A stretch of 60,156 nucleotides of DNA, from the IMG/VR virus record IMGVR_UViG_3300009391_000001. One strand, given 5' to 3'. The position numbers and the translations under genes were made by a program. This DNA is from a virus. Shown piece by piece: positions 42,160 to 52,378 of the stretch. Every line of letters starts with the position of its first letter. Within the stretch, counting starts at the first letter, position 1. The notes under the pieces were generated by a model that saw nothing but the letters and a program-made list of their open reading frames with translations, had not been told where the DNA came from and did no database searches.

Positions 42160-44670
42160 TCACCCTAAATTCTTTAAGAAATAATAAATCGGCTTAGACA
42201 TCTCATCATACCCCGCATCATTTGGATGTACCGCATCGCTGATATGCGATTCCGTGTTTAATTGTGCATGTATTGGTACAAGGTATAAATTTTCTAACTC
42301 TCTATTGTCATACTTAGCAATGAATTGTCGCAACCACTCGTGATAAACTGCTTTATATCTCCAACGTGTCTGACCCGCGCCATACGCAGAACCAAATGCG
42401 GTCTGTGTTGCGTTTGGTGGTATCGTTACCATCAAGGCGATTCTGATTGTTGAACTAAACGCTTTAATGCTCGCTATGATAGTTTCAAAGTGAGCCAATA
42501 TCGAAGGTACTCCCGCTTTTGCTTCTTCCACAGTTGCGTAATTGAAAATGTCATTAATACCTAAATGTATAAACACATAATCTAGGCTTGAATACCCTTG
42601 TTGGTTCATGTAATACGCAAAATCAAACTTGGAAGTTGTGGGATTCCAAAAAGCGTTTGTTGTCCCTGCCAATGAAGCGGACTTTGTATAAACAGCACCA
42701 CTCCAACCACTTCTCCCTTCGTGTAGATTAGGAGTCGTCCCTCTTGTTCCAAATAACTGTACATTCATCGAGTCCCCCACAAAAGAATCCAACAACGCTT
42801 GCGTATACTTTCCAGCATTTGTCGTGCTATCTCCGATGAATAATACATTTTTAGTACCCGAACCATTTGTAGTGGATACTGTTTTCAACGTAACCCCCTT
42901 CGATGCAACTCTTTTCTGCCCGTCATAAGCTTCGATTGTTATAGGTAACTCTCCCGGTGTCCCCGACAACGACCCGACCCGTTTATCATAATGAATTCCT
43001 CTAGCGCTTATCACATCAATGTTATATTCACTTGCTTCGTGAATAATATTGTCGAAGTATATATTTAATGGTTTGCCTTCTACCGCATAAATTTTATTTG
43101 GTAAGTCAATCAGTAGGTTTTCTTTGCCTTCTTCATCTACGGGCTTTGAAGATAAATATTTGGACGGTATTACGGGCTGATAAGGTGCATATGTGGAAGG
43201 TAAAGTATCACCTTTCACCAACATCTGAGTGTCTAAGTTCGTTAATAGTACCGACACCCTTAGATATTTAGCGTTTTCTGGCGCTGTAATAATCGGTGTC
43301 ATTTGTGGCGCTGCCGGATTAGCGATGTAAATTTTGTTCGCATCATACCATGAAAAATGTTGGTTGATATTATTTCTAATATATCTACCGGAACCAATAA
43401 CTTCTATAAAGTCACTATACGTGAACCCCGCACTAGCCAAAAGAGAGCCATTTAAATACGATACATATTGTCCGGCTGTCGTTTTAGTTTTATCAAACAA
43501 GTTAACTGATTCCAAGAAACCCAATTCGTTAGCATTGATCACAAAGTTTTCAAACGCTGATTTATCCAACCCTTTGATTAAATCCTTCTGGATTTGCCAT
43601 TGAAAAGGAATATAATATGATGGTGCTACTTCATTCTTGACTACAGTTAATGTGTTATTACGTGTAGCAAGTAAGTGAATCCTCATATAATATGCCCCAG
43701 ACGGAACTGATAACGTCGTGACGTTTACTCCCGTAACAGCACTAATAAATGAATAGTCAACAGTGTAAAATGCATAACCACCTATCGGTAAAGATGTGTT
43801 TATCGTATCCCCGTGATTAACCTTTATATAATCCGATGTACGCCATGTTTCATCTGCTCTAACAGTCCCGTCAGCAGTTAATAAATAACCACTTTCAGCA
43901 CTGTCTTTATCGTATATATTTCTTGAGTCCACAAAGGAGGCTTTTCTTTCCGTGATTATATCATCAGCAAGCGTTTGAAGTATAGGAGCATTACCATTTA
44001 TTTGTTGCTTCAATGTATCAGAAACGTCTGATTCACCAATTAGAACTGACTTTTTTCGAACTTCTGCGTCATTCGCCTTTTCCGCCAACTGTTGATTAAC
44101 TTTATCGAGTCTAGCGTTAAGATTGACCTCTCCTCCGCGCGCTTGCACGACCTCCGGATTATTACTTCCAGCTTCCGCAATCACCGCGTCAAACTGATCG
44201 CGTACTCCTTCCGCAACTACCTCGGCGTGTTCCGCTTTATCGACCGCTACGACTACCTTCGCGTCCATATCGTCGAATTGTCGCTGAAACTGCTCGACGG
44301 TAATCGTATTTACGTCGGTATATCCGAGGTTATCGAGCGACGGCGTTATTTTCAAACGTAAGAAGTCGTCCGCGGGGAACTTCTGCGTCTTGCCGCCGAC
44401 TGTAGACGTGAATTCTACGCGCATCCTGTCGCCGTACCCTACGTCTTCCGTTACGGTAATTCCGATGCGTCCTTCGCCGAGTATCTGCGCCGTTCCTTCG
44501 TGGACGACTCCGCCTGCTCGTTGCGCGATTTTATACGTAACCGCTGAACCCGTTAAATCTACGAGATTTCCCTCGCCGTCGAACAGGTTAAATTCGAGTG
44601 TGAAGTCGTGTCCTTGCTTAATGATGTTACCGCCTTTAATTAGCGTCACCTTCGTTATAGGTTTGTGCAT
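42160..44670 (-). CDS. Baseplate/receptor-binding protein: BppU-like N-terminus, C-terminal SGNH/GDSL esterase
   Basis: 836 aa. SGNH blocks VLFIGDSTT, IHLGINDIF, DAVHPND. Composition switches to A+T-rich below about 44100. Confidence 0.7.
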   Translation of the reverse strand: MHKPITKVTLIKGGNIIKQGHDFTLEFNLFDGEGNLVDLTGSAVTYKIAQRAGGVVHEGTAQILGEGRIGITVTEDVGYGDRMRVEFTSTVGGKTQKFPADDFLRLKITPSLDNLGYTDVNTITVEQFQRQFDDMDAKVVVAVDKAEHAEVVAEGVRDQFDAVIAEAGSNNPEVVQARGGEVNLNARLDKVNQQLAEKANDAEVRKKSVLIGESDVSDTLKQQINGNAPILQTLADDIITERKASFVDSRNIYDKDSAESGYLLTADGTVRADETWRTSDYIKVNHGDTINTSLPIGGYAFYTVDYSFISAVTGVNVTTLSVPSGAYYMRIHLLATRNNTLTVVKNEVAPSYYIPFQWQIQKDLIKGLDKSAFENFVINANELGFLESVNLFDKTKTTAGQYVSYLNGSLLASAGFTYSDFIEVIGSGRYIRNNINQHFSWYDANKIYIANPAAPQMTPIITAPENAKYLRVSVLLTNLDTQMLVKGDTLPSTYAPYQPVIPSKYLSSKPVDEEGKENLLIDLPNKIYAVEGKPLNIYFDNIIHEASEYNIDVISARGIHYDKRVGSLSGTPGELPITIEAYDGQKRVASKGVTLKTVSTTNGSGTKNVLFIGDSTTNAGKYTQALLDSFVGDSMNVQLFGTRGTTPNLHEGRSGWSGAVYTKSASLAGTTNAFWNPTTSKFDFAYYMNQQGYSSLDYVFIHLGINDIFNYATVEEAKAGVPSILAHFETIIASIKAFSSTIRIALMVTIPPNATQTAFGSAYGAGQTRWRYKAVYHEWLRQFIAKYDNRELENLYLVPIHAQLNTESHISDAVHPNDAGYDEMSKPIYYFLKNLG

Positions 44671-44693
44671 TTTATACGTCCACCCTTCCCGGA

Positions 44694-44885
44694 TTAATCC
44701 GTATCAATTTCGACCGCTCCCGCGTCCGTTTGTTCCCTCGTTTTCATCAGTTCAATCTGCGAATGAGCGAGGTCTAAGTCGAGCATAAGACCCGCTATTC
44801 TACGGCTTTGCTTTTCTACCGTCATCTTTAATACGGCTTCTAACTCCGTATCTTGTTGCGATTGCGCTCCGTCTATTTCCGTCAT
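44694..44885 (-). CDS. Hypothetical 63-aa protein
   Basis: ATGA overlap with Tal. Confidence 0.55.
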   Translation of the reverse strand: MTEIDGAQSQQDTELEAVLKMTVEKQSRRIAGLMLDLDLAHSQIELMKTREQTDAGAVEIDTD

Positions 44886-47185
44886 TTCATCGCTCCTTCT
44901 AATGCGTCTATTTTCTCGATAGCTTGCTTTAATCCTCGGAATAAGAATCCGACAAGTCCGTAAATACCGAATCCATCGCCACGCTCCGAATACGTTTCGT
45001 AAGGCATTTCGTCGAGCATTAATCCGAGTTGCTTCTTCGTATGAGAACCTTCGTTTACGCGGTTGTATAAATAGGCGTCTGCGTTACGGATAATGTCGAG
45101 TACGTCGATATCATATACGTCAATATTTCGTTTATTTTCGCGTACCGACGTATCTGTAATAAACTCCCGCGCGCGAACCGGACGGTATGTTGTTTCCGTC
45201 CCACGTACCGTGACTTTTACTTCGCCGCCGCCCGCAGGACGTATGAAGAAATCAACGCCATCCCCCGTACCTTTATCGATAAAGTCACCATAGTATCCTA
45301 GCCCTCTGTATGCGACGTACGTAGACGTGCCGCTATTGTTTACAGCTCTAACTTCACCTGTTGCGTTTGGGCGCAAGAATAGATTGTCGGAAGCGCCCGA
45401 AAGATTATTAACGTCATACGTATTTGCCTTAACGCTTTCAACACGGATTGGCTGATAGATGTCCGTCGTGCCGTTTAACGTAACGCGTAATTCCCCCGCG
45501 CTTAACGGTCTGGCGTATAAATTAACCGCACTTGCTCCGGTGCCTGTGTTTATGTTCCAAAAGTTTCCGTAAAATCCGGATGCTCTTAATGGAAGGTAAC
45601 GATAACTTCCGATTAAACCGTCGCCCGGAATATCGTCATATTCGACAACCCGTGCTTCACCGCTCCTTGACGCTAGATATACATTAGTTTGCGACGTTCC
45701 AAACGCTGAACTTGTTACTAATGTCGAATCCGCTTGGAATCGAATATCCCCGCCGGCATTCCGTCCATAAAATCCGCTAGGCGACATTTCGACGTACCTT
45801 CCGTTAGATTGCAGTAAATGGATATTTCCGCCAGTAATCGTCATTTCGTCAGCGCCGGAAATCGAACGGAATGTACTTCCGTAAATCTCGACACCTTCGA
45901 TGACGATTCCGCGAAGTGTCCCCGCAGTAATAACGTCTGCAACGATACCGTCGCCTGTTACCGCAGTCCTAAACGAATTCCCGCCGTCGTTAGATATTCC
46001 GATACCTGCCGATGTAAATACCGTCAGCTTATTAGGATTGTTCGGATCGCGCCCGATAATCCCGTTGTTAAACTCCAATTCCGTCTGTGCCGACTGTAGC
46101 GCTAATGTCGCCGCTCTTACTGCTTCGTCTAACGCACTGAACGGTAATTCCGTACGCCCTTCGATTAAGTCGTTAATGCGTCCTATTGCCGATGTTAGAT
46201 TCGATTGATGTCGCTTAGTTAACGAATCCGAGCCTAGCGTTAATTTCAAGTCGATAACGTTACCGCGCCAATCCTTGACGACCGTAATATCGCTAACGCG
46301 CACTTCTACGTCTAATCCGATACGCTCGTCGATAAGGAATACGCGGTCGCCTAATTCCGGCTGCGCTAACGCGTAGCCTTGTCGCCTTAAATCGTGTATG
46401 TCCGCAGATACGCTAATCTTTAAAGATTCGTTGACTAACGTCTTCAATGCGTTGTCCATCGTCGTTTCGTCCGTAACACGTCCGTCGTAAATCGGAGGCG
46501 CGTGACGTATTCCGACGATGTCCGCAATAGGTGACGTGTATTCACGGGTTAAAGCCGCGTTTTCTTCGTCGCCTTCTTCGTAATCGCCGAAACCTTTAGC
46601 GTACGTCCATAACGCAGTAGCATCGATTTCCTCGATGATATTAGACGCGTTAAGTCGATAACGGTATTGAAACGATGTGTCGCGTCCTATTTGCGATTCA
46701 AGGTAAACGATCTTTCCGCTTATGCGGAATTCCGCTTTATATCGCTCTAACGCACGTTTGAACGTCGCCAATTTAGTGTCGCCTTTACCGAAGCCTTGCC
46801 ATTGAACCGCTGTAAACGCGTCGACGATAACGAAGTTAAAGCCGGTATCCGCGAAGATTAACGTAAAGGCGTCGTGCGCCGTCATATGCGTATTGTATTC
46901 TTCGTAAATCCGATCATTGTCGAATACGTCGAAGAATAACGGGACTGCGATAACACTTGCGATTAATTTATCGCCTTCGCCCGCCTTCTTTACGTAGACG
47001 ACTTTATACTCAACGCCGTCATCGTCGATAACGTTCCACATTTCCGTTAAGTTGTCGATAAATAATTCATTAACCTTCGACGGCTCTATGGTAAACGCTA
47101 TTGACTGATTGCCGTTTCTTTCGCCTTGCCACTCCGTCGTGGCTTCGAGTAGGTATTCGTTGCCGACTAAATCTCGTACATACAT
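44882..47185 (-). CDS. Tail-associated protein (Tal / prophage-tail endopeptidase-type minor structural protein)
   Basis: 767 aa, located directly after Dit. GGAGGTG SD. Confidence 0.6.
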   Translation of the reverse strand: MYVRDLVGNEYLLEATTEWQGERNGNQSIAFTIEPSKVNELFIDNLTEMWNVIDDDGVEYKVVYVKKAGEGDKLIASVIAVPLFFDVFDNDRIYEEYNTHMTAHDAFTLIFADTGFNFVIVDAFTAVQWQGFGKGDTKLATFKRALERYKAEFRISGKIVYLESQIGRDTSFQYRYRLNASNIIEEIDATALWTYAKGFGDYEEGDEENAALTREYTSPIADIVGIRHAPPIYDGRVTDETTMDNALKTLVNESLKISVSADIHDLRRQGYALAQPELGDRVFLIDERIGLDVEVRVSDITVVKDWRGNVIDLKLTLGSDSLTKRHQSNLTSAIGRINDLIEGRTELPFSALDEAVRAATLALQSAQTELEFNNGIIGRDPNNPNKLTVFTSAGIGISNDGGNSFRTAVTGDGIVADVITAGTLRGIVIEGVEIYGSTFRSISGADEMTITGGNIHLLQSNGRYVEMSPSGFYGRNAGGDIRFQADSTLVTSSAFGTSQTNVYLASRSGEARVVEYDDIPGDGLIGSYRYLPLRASGFYGNFWNINTGTGASAVNLYARPLSAGELRVTLNGTTDIYQPIRVESVKANTYDVNNLSGASDNLFLRPNATGEVRAVNNSGTSTYVAYRGLGYYGDFIDKGTGDGVDFFIRPAGGGEVKVTVRGTETTYRPVRAREFITDTSVRENKRNIDVYDIDVLDIIRNADAYLYNRVNEGSHTKKQLGLMLDEMPYETYSERGDGFGIYGLVGFLFRGLKQAIEKIDALEGAMK

Positions 47186-47197
47186 CCGCGCACCTCC

Positions 47198-47980
47198 TTA
47201 CAGATAATAATGCGGATATTCAAACTTTATTTTTGCGTCAAATGTTCCGACGATTTCGAAATCGTTCCATCCGGGTGACAACGTAATTACGCCTTTATCC
47301 GTCTTCCGTATAATATCCAGCCCATTGGACGTAATTCGTGCGCCGTCGATTACGATGTCTTGCGTCGCTATATTGTCGTTGATTCGGATTGAAGAACCAT
47401 TCGTAATGTTCCGCATTTCGAAATGTCCAATGTTACGCGTCGAGTCGCTAATCGTAATCTTTAACTGTTGCTCAAACGGATGAATCTCGACGTTGCCTTC
47501 GTTCACAAGGCGAAATTCCGGTAGGGTAAATGTCTGCGATATTACGTCCGATTCCCCGAAAGGAAGTTCCGTAGTTTCGAAGACTAATTCGCCGAATCCG
47601 TATTTAAACGATTGTTCGATCGCGAAGTCGTTCACTAACCGGACTTTATACTTACGGTCATTTACCGTCACGTTATCGCCTGTCTGATAAACGTCGCGCC
47701 GCATTTCTCGGATATAAAACGATTGCAGTCCGCCGATTATTCCGAATAGCGTGTCGCGCTTCGTCGCATAATCGAGCATATCATCGGACTTATAATAAAA
47801 AGGAACGCTAATCGTACGCGTTCCGTAAGTCGCTCCGTAGTCTATCGTTCCGTGACGCCCGTCCGACGTGCCATAGCGCGGGATTATAGGAATTGACGAT
47901 ACTACGAAATCCCGCGCCGTTACACCGTAATCAGCGAGCGTAAACGATTGTCCGTCCGTTCTTTCTATCATAACGTCCAT
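47198..47980 (-). CDS. Distal tail protein (Dit)
   Basis: 260 aa, located immediately after the tape measure (TAATG coupling). Confidence 0.6.
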   Translation of the reverse strand: MDVMIERTDGQSFTLADYGVTARDFVVSSIPIIPRYGTSDGRHGTIDYGATYGTRTISVPFYYKSDDMLDYATKRDTLFGIIGGLQSFYIREMRRDVYQTGDNVTVNDRKYKVRLVNDFAIEQSFKYGFGELVFETTELPFGESDVISQTFTLPEFRLVNEGNVEIHPFEQQLKITISDSTRNIGHFEMRNITNGSSIRINDNIATQDIVIDGARITSNGLDIIRKTDKGVITLSPGWNDFEIVGTFDAKIKFEYPHYYL

Positions 47981-50310
47981 TAATCGAAATACCTCCTTAC
48001 CGTCGCGTCTACCGCATTGCCGTCATTAACGTGCGGTCTAACGATGCCCCCGACTTTCTGTCCGTCCATTTCGACGACTAGATTCGTCAACTTACGCTCT
48101 AACGACGCTATTGCGCCGACTAACATCGAGTCGCGCTGATTGACGTTTACCTCGCCGGATAACGCTGCGGACAGACTGCGGTAATCTGCGTTAGGCGTTG
48201 CGTAGGATAAATCCGGCTTGATAGTCGCAGATTCCGATAAGGCTTGCGCCGACTTCGTTACTGCGCCATTCATTCCGTCGATACCTATTGCGAGACCTTC
48301 GCCGAGATTGACTCCGTAGCCCTTGAATAGACGGGATGGCGAGTTGATTCCGAAGAAGCTAGTTACCGTGTTTTTAATGTTAGTCGCGATATTCTTAACG
48401 GCTTTACCGGCTGCGCCAACCATCGAGCTAATGCCTTTGATAAGTCCTTTGATGATGTCCTTACCAATCTGCTTTAAATCAATCTCTTTAAAAAATTTGA
48501 CGATATTATTCATGATTTTAATAGCAGTCGCTTTAATAGAGTCCCAAGCGCCTTCCCAATCTCCTTTTATCAAATACATTACTGCATCGATTATTCCGAG
48601 GATGACATCCATCGTTTGACGTATCACTGTCTTAATAATCCCCCAAGCGACCTTGATGATACCGGTAATGATCGGCCAAACGATTTGGAATATCCCTTTG
48701 ATATAGCCCATAATCAACTTAATAACTTCCCATATATTCTTGAATGTCCCGCTAACAACCGCCATAATCGCCTCGCCGTGATTATCCCAAACCGCCTTAA
48801 TCTTTCCGAGGATTTCCTTGATAAAACTCCAAACCTCGGTTATTACTGTCTTAACGATTCCCTTAATAAATTCGAGCGCTTCCGTAAAGCCTTCCTTAAT
48901 CTGTTCCCACACTTCGAGGACTCCATCGCGGAACCATTCCACGTTGTTATACGCCCATACAAAAGCAGCTACGAGTATCGCAATAACCGCAACAACGCCG
49001 GATATAATAGCGATTGTTTTCAAGAGAACTAACGACGTAGTTCCGAAAACAGTTGCAATTGCCGCGAAGCCTGTGAGTATCGACGGTATGAATCCGATTA
49101 ATAATAGTATCGGGCCGATGATTAACGCTAGAGCTGCGACCACTGCTAATATTACCGCTATTGTAGATTTAGTTCCTTCGCTTAATCCGTTAAACTTATC
49201 GGCTAACGATTGGACAAACCCCGCCATACTCTTAACTAGCGGGAGCAACGCAGTTCCGATGGAGATTGCGATTTCTTCGAAGGCTGACGAAAGATTCTCC
49301 ATCGCGCCTTGCAAGTTATCCTTCATCGTATTACGCATTTCTAAGAGCGCTCCGTCGGAATCCTCGACTTTACCTTTTAATTCTCCGTACTCGTTTCCAA
49401 GTCCTTCGATCATTGCGTTAAATGTTTTACCGTGGTTAAGTCCGGCTAACTGCGTCTGATAATGCGCTTTTTCTGCGTCAGTCATTTTCGATAGTTTACC
49501 GCGTACTTCCGTTAATACCGTTTCCATCCCGCGGAAATTACCTTCGGAGTCGAACGCTGAAACTCCTATTTCCTTCATCGCCTTTGCAGCGGGCCCTGTT
49601 GAAGCCGTCATTCTCGTCATAATTGCGTTGATTGCCGTCCCTGCTTCGCTCGCTTTAAATCCTCGGTTTGCTAATACGCCTAAGAATGCTGTCGATTCCT
49701 CTAAAGGAACGTTAAATCTATCGAATGTACCTCCGGCAATAACGAACGCTTCCATAAGCGCGTCGATGTCCGTGTTTGAGTTAGCCGCTGTTGTAGCGAC
49801 TTTATCGAGATATCCGTCGAGGTCTTGTACTTCAAGTCCGAGTCCAGCCATACTATCCGTTACAAGATCGGAAGCCCTTCCGAGGTCTAATGCGCCTGCT
49901 TCCGCTAAGTGAAGAATCGGGCCAATTCCGCCCATCATCTGTTGCGTATTCCACCCCGCGAGCGCCATATACTCAAGTGCTTCGGCTGATTCGGTAGCAC
50001 TGAACGACGTGCTTGCGCCCCAATCTCGCGCCGACTGCGTTAAGTCGTCTAATTCCTTACCAGTAGTCCCGCTTATCGCCGCTACCTTAGACATTCCGCC
50101 TTCAAAGTCCGCTGCCTTTTTAACGGCGTAACCAAGACCGGCGGAAATCGCTAAGCCCGCTCCTGTAACTACTTTGCCCGTCGACTTAAACGCATCAAAC
50201 GTTTCTTTATTCGCCGATGTAAAGTCAGTTAACGACTTATTCGCGTCTTTCATTTTCCGACTAAAATCGGTAATGTCCGCTCCTACGCGGATTAATATGC
50301 TATCGCTCAA
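47980..50310 (-). CDS. Tape measure protein
   Basis: 776 aa. Long helical/hydrophobic central part with W/I/K-rich repeats. Located after the chaperones. Confidence 0.85.
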   Translation of the reverse strand: MSDSILIRVGADITDFSRKMKDANKSLTDFTSANKETFDAFKSTGKVVTGAGLAISAGLGYAVKKAADFEGGMSKVAAISGTTGKELDDLTQSARDWGASTSFSATESAEALEYMALAGWNTQQMMGGIGPILHLAEAGALDLGRASDLVTDSMAGLGLEVQDLDGYLDKVATTAANSNTDIDALMEAFVIAGGTFDRFNVPLEESTAFLGVLANRGFKASEAGTAINAIMTRMTASTGPAAKAMKEIGVSAFDSEGNFRGMETVLTEVRGKLSKMTDAEKAHYQTQLAGLNHGKTFNAMIEGLGNEYGELKGKVEDSDGALLEMRNTMKDNLQGAMENLSSAFEEIAISIGTALLPLVKSMAGFVQSLADKFNGLSEGTKSTIAVILAVVAALALIIGPILLLIGFIPSILTGFAAIATVFGTTSLVLLKTIAIISGVVAVIAILVAAFVWAYNNVEWFRDGVLEVWEQIKEGFTEALEFIKGIVKTVITEVWSFIKEILGKIKAVWDNHGEAIMAVVSGTFKNIWEVIKLIMGYIKGIFQIVWPIITGIIKVAWGIIKTVIRQTMDVILGIIDAVMYLIKGDWEGAWDSIKATAIKIMNNIVKFFKEIDLKQIGKDIIKGLIKGISSMVGAAGKAVKNIATNIKNTVTSFFGINSPSRLFKGYGVNLGEGLAIGIDGMNGAVTKSAQALSESATIKPDLSYATPNADYRSLSAALSGEVNVNQRDSMLVGAIASLERKLTNLVVEMDGQKVGGIVRPHVNDGNAVDATVRRYFD

Positions 50311-50335
50311 TTAATGCGTCACTCCTTTCCGACGC

Positions 50336-50746
50336 CTATTCCTTCGGTAAATTCGTAAGTTGCGCAAGCCATTCGTTCGTGCGAGCGGTCTTTTCCTTCA
50401 TGTCCGCCAAATCCGCCGTCTTAGTTTCGGACTCGCTACGACGCTTAAATAAGTCGCTCGCCTTTAGTCGCTTAGCGTGATACGCTTGTCGCATCATCAT
50501 CGCTTCGTTCGCCATACGCTCATATTCGTCAGCTTGACGTTCCCCCTGCGCCCGCAATTCAATCGTAAACTCGCGCGGTGTTAACGATAATGTCTCACTT
50601 GCGGATAATCCGAGGTATCGCCTACCGTCAAATATCGCCTTCTCGACTTCGCATAAATCCGAATTTACTTCAGAATTTCGTCTAGCGCCGCTCTTGCTTT
50701 CTTGTCCTTCGATAGCAACTTCGTTACTACCGCTTTGTAGAAAAAA
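50336..50746 (-). CDS. Tail assembly chaperone, -1 frame extension (T part of a G-T fusion)
   Basis: The -1 frame is open from the slippery site 50740-50746 down to stop 50336. There is no independent SD/start context. Confidence 0.55.
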   Translation of the reverse strand, partial: FFLQSGSNEVAIEGQESKSGARRNSEVNSDLCEVEKAIFDGRRYLGLSASETLSLTPREFTIELRAQGERQADEYERMANEAMMMRQAYHAKRLKASDLFKRRSESETKTADLADMKEKTARTNEWLAQLTNLPKE

Positions 50747-51030
50747 CTATCGGTAACTACCTCGTTCGACAGGCGTAATATACCTTGGAAATCGAGTTCT
50801 TCCGTTGCCATAGCTTCGGATATAGCGTCTTCAATTACGTCTATCGCGAAGTTTTCCTTCGTATGCAATAACGCCGCTTGTACGATATGCGGAAATGTAT
50901 CCAAATCGCCTTGTATCGCTTTTCCGATTAATTCGTATGAGCCACCTTCGTATAGTCCGTTCAGACGCTTAACGCCCGCCCATTCCAGACGCAATTCGTA
51001 TTCTTTTCCGTTAACTTTAAATGTCGCCAT
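50665..51030 (-). CDS. Tail assembly chaperone (G-like)
   Basis: 121 aa, located between the major tail and tape measure genes. Confidence 0.65.
   Translation of the reverse strand: MATFKVNGKEYELRLEWAGVKRLNGLYEGGSYELIGKAIQGDLDTFPHIVQAALLHTKENFAIDVIEDAISEAMATEELDFQGILRLSNEVVTDSFFYKAVVTKLLSKDKKARAALDEILK
50740..50746 (-). other. Candidate -1 slippery heptamer T TTT TTC
   Basis: Zero-frame agT TTT TTC. Both frames are open across the site. Confidence 0.5.
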
Positions 51031-51095
51031 ATATCGTTAATCCCCTTTTTACCGCCGGTAGGCGTAGTTGTACGGGTAGCGCCCGTCATTCGTAA

Positions 51096-51119
51096 GTAAA
51101 AGCGGACAATTAAGTCCGC
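51096..51119 (-). terminator. Hairpin/terminator (attenuator) after the major tail gene
   Basis: Minus strand GCGGAC-TTAATT-GTCCGC followed by TTTTAC. Confidence 0.55.
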
Positions 51120-51124
51120 CGTTG

Positions 51125-51568
51125 TCAATCTATCGTCGTTGCGCCTTCCGGTACTTCTACGAGCGTTTCCACCGACGTATTGCCGATTAGTTTCGCGTCA
51201 AACGAATATGTCGCCGATTCGTCATCCGGATACTCTACGTCAAAAGACGATAGCATGTATTTTCCGACTTTCGCTTCGAGCGTATTAATATTGATTTCGA
51301 GGATTTCCGCGAACGTTGCGTCGTCAATATGTTTTTCGAGTTGCGTAAGGGCCGGATCATCGTCGGACATAAGTCCTTCGAATGAAATCGTTTCTTCTTT
51401 CTTCCCGTAATCTGTCCCATCGATATCCTTCGTAGATATTTCCAGTTCTTCGCGAGTCTTCGAACGTCCTCCGCTTGTTTGATACAAAACGCGTAGCGTC
51501 TGTTCTGCGGATAGTTCGTCTTCAAAACGTACCGCGAATACTACCTGTTGCCCTTTTATAATAGCCAT
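51125..51568 (-). CDS. Major tail protein
   Basis: 147 aa. Assigned by position before the chaperones. Strong GAGGGGGA SD and a downstream attenuator. Confidence 0.6.
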   Translation of the reverse strand: MAIIKGQQVVFAVRFEDELSAEQTLRVLYQTSGGRSKTREELEISTKDIDGTDYGKKEETISFEGLMSDDDPALTQLEKHIDDATFAEILEININTLEAKVGKYMLSSFDVEYPDDESATYSFDAKLIGNTSVETLVEVPEGATTID

Positions 51569-51585
51569 CCGTTAATTCCCCCTCG

Positions 51586-52017
51586 TTATTTTCCGTATTG
51601 ATTTACGTCGATTTCTACGTCGAAATAAACCCTATGATACCGCGATAAATCTTCGATGTTATCCGCATTAAACGGTACTTCCGCCGTTACATCGCACATA
51701 AAAAAGCCGTCCACTACTGCGGGCGACTTCTCGTAATTTACATACGGTATTTTGTCGTAAAGTAATATCCGACTTATTGCGGTTTGATGCCGTGAACGCG
51801 TAGAGCCAGAACTCGCGAACAATCCGATTTGAAACCGGAATGTCGTCTGTATTGCTTCGCGCTGTTTCGCTAATATCTCGTTGTTATTCTGCATTTGCTC
51901 GATGGTGATAAACGGATTCTCCGCCGGTAGTTTCATACCGCTTTGATGCCATACGACGGGCAATCCGGTAGCTGTCCGCAAATGCGTTATTAATGAAGCG
52001 TGTAAACTGTATTGCAT
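51586..52017 (-). CDS. Tail completion / head-tail joining protein
   Basis: 143 aa, assigned by position. Confidence 0.45.
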   Translation of the reverse strand: MQYSLHASLITHLRTATGLPVVWHQSGMKLPAENPFITIEQMQNNNEILAKQREAIQTTFRFQIGLFASSGSTRSRHQTAISRILLYDKIPYVNYEKSPAVVDGFFMCDVTAEVPFNADNIEDLSRYHRVYFDVEIDVNQYGK

Positions 52018-52021
52018 CGCG

Positions 52022-52378
52022 TCACTCCTTCGTTATTTCCCGTAATATTGCTTCGCGGTATGGCGTCCGGTTATTCCAAACGGCTTTCCGGATAAAGCCT
52101 TTCTTCGTCTTATGCTCGTATTCTTGTCGACGGGCGTATTCGAGTGTGCTTCCGAAAGTCCATACGCCTTTTAATCCGTTATCGCGTTCCGGACTTGCCG
52201 TAATTGAATTCTTAAGGTAGGCATCCAATACCGGAGCCGCTTCCGCCGCTTCGTTCGCCATCTTCCGCGTGTACGTTTCCGTAACCTTGTCGACGGTTTC
52301 AAGCGTCTTATGTCCGGCAAACTCGCGGAACTTCTTTTCGAGCGCATCTCCGCCAAGTATCTTTATATCGAGTTTCAT
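52022..52378 (-). CDS. HK97 gp10-like tail-component protein
   Basis: 118 aa. N-terminal MKLDIKILGGDALEKKFREF pattern. Position supports the call. Confidence 0.5.
   Translation of the reverse strand: MKLDIKILGGDALEKKFREFAGHKTLETVDKVTETYTRKMANEAAEAAPVLDAYLKNSITASPERDNGLKGVWTFGSTLEYARRQEYEHKTKKGFIRKAVWNNRTPYREAILREITKE

Noticed and set aside
48818-49459. Long plus-strand ORFs antisense to structural and replication genes (for example 48818-49459, 15001-15498, 36644-37216, 30908-31366, 16678-17151)
   Set aside because: All lie inside longer minus-strand genes with recognisable products. They lack SD sites and have low-complexity Ser/Pro/Arg/Ile-rich translations typical of antisense frames.
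51235-51525. Alternative-frame ORFs inside structural genes (51235-51525, 52171-52356, 53959-54180, 29008-29319, 26870-27085)
   Set aside because: Their Arg/Lys/Ser-rich translations are typical of out-of-frame reading of real genes. They have no start context and are fully nested in well-supported CDSs.
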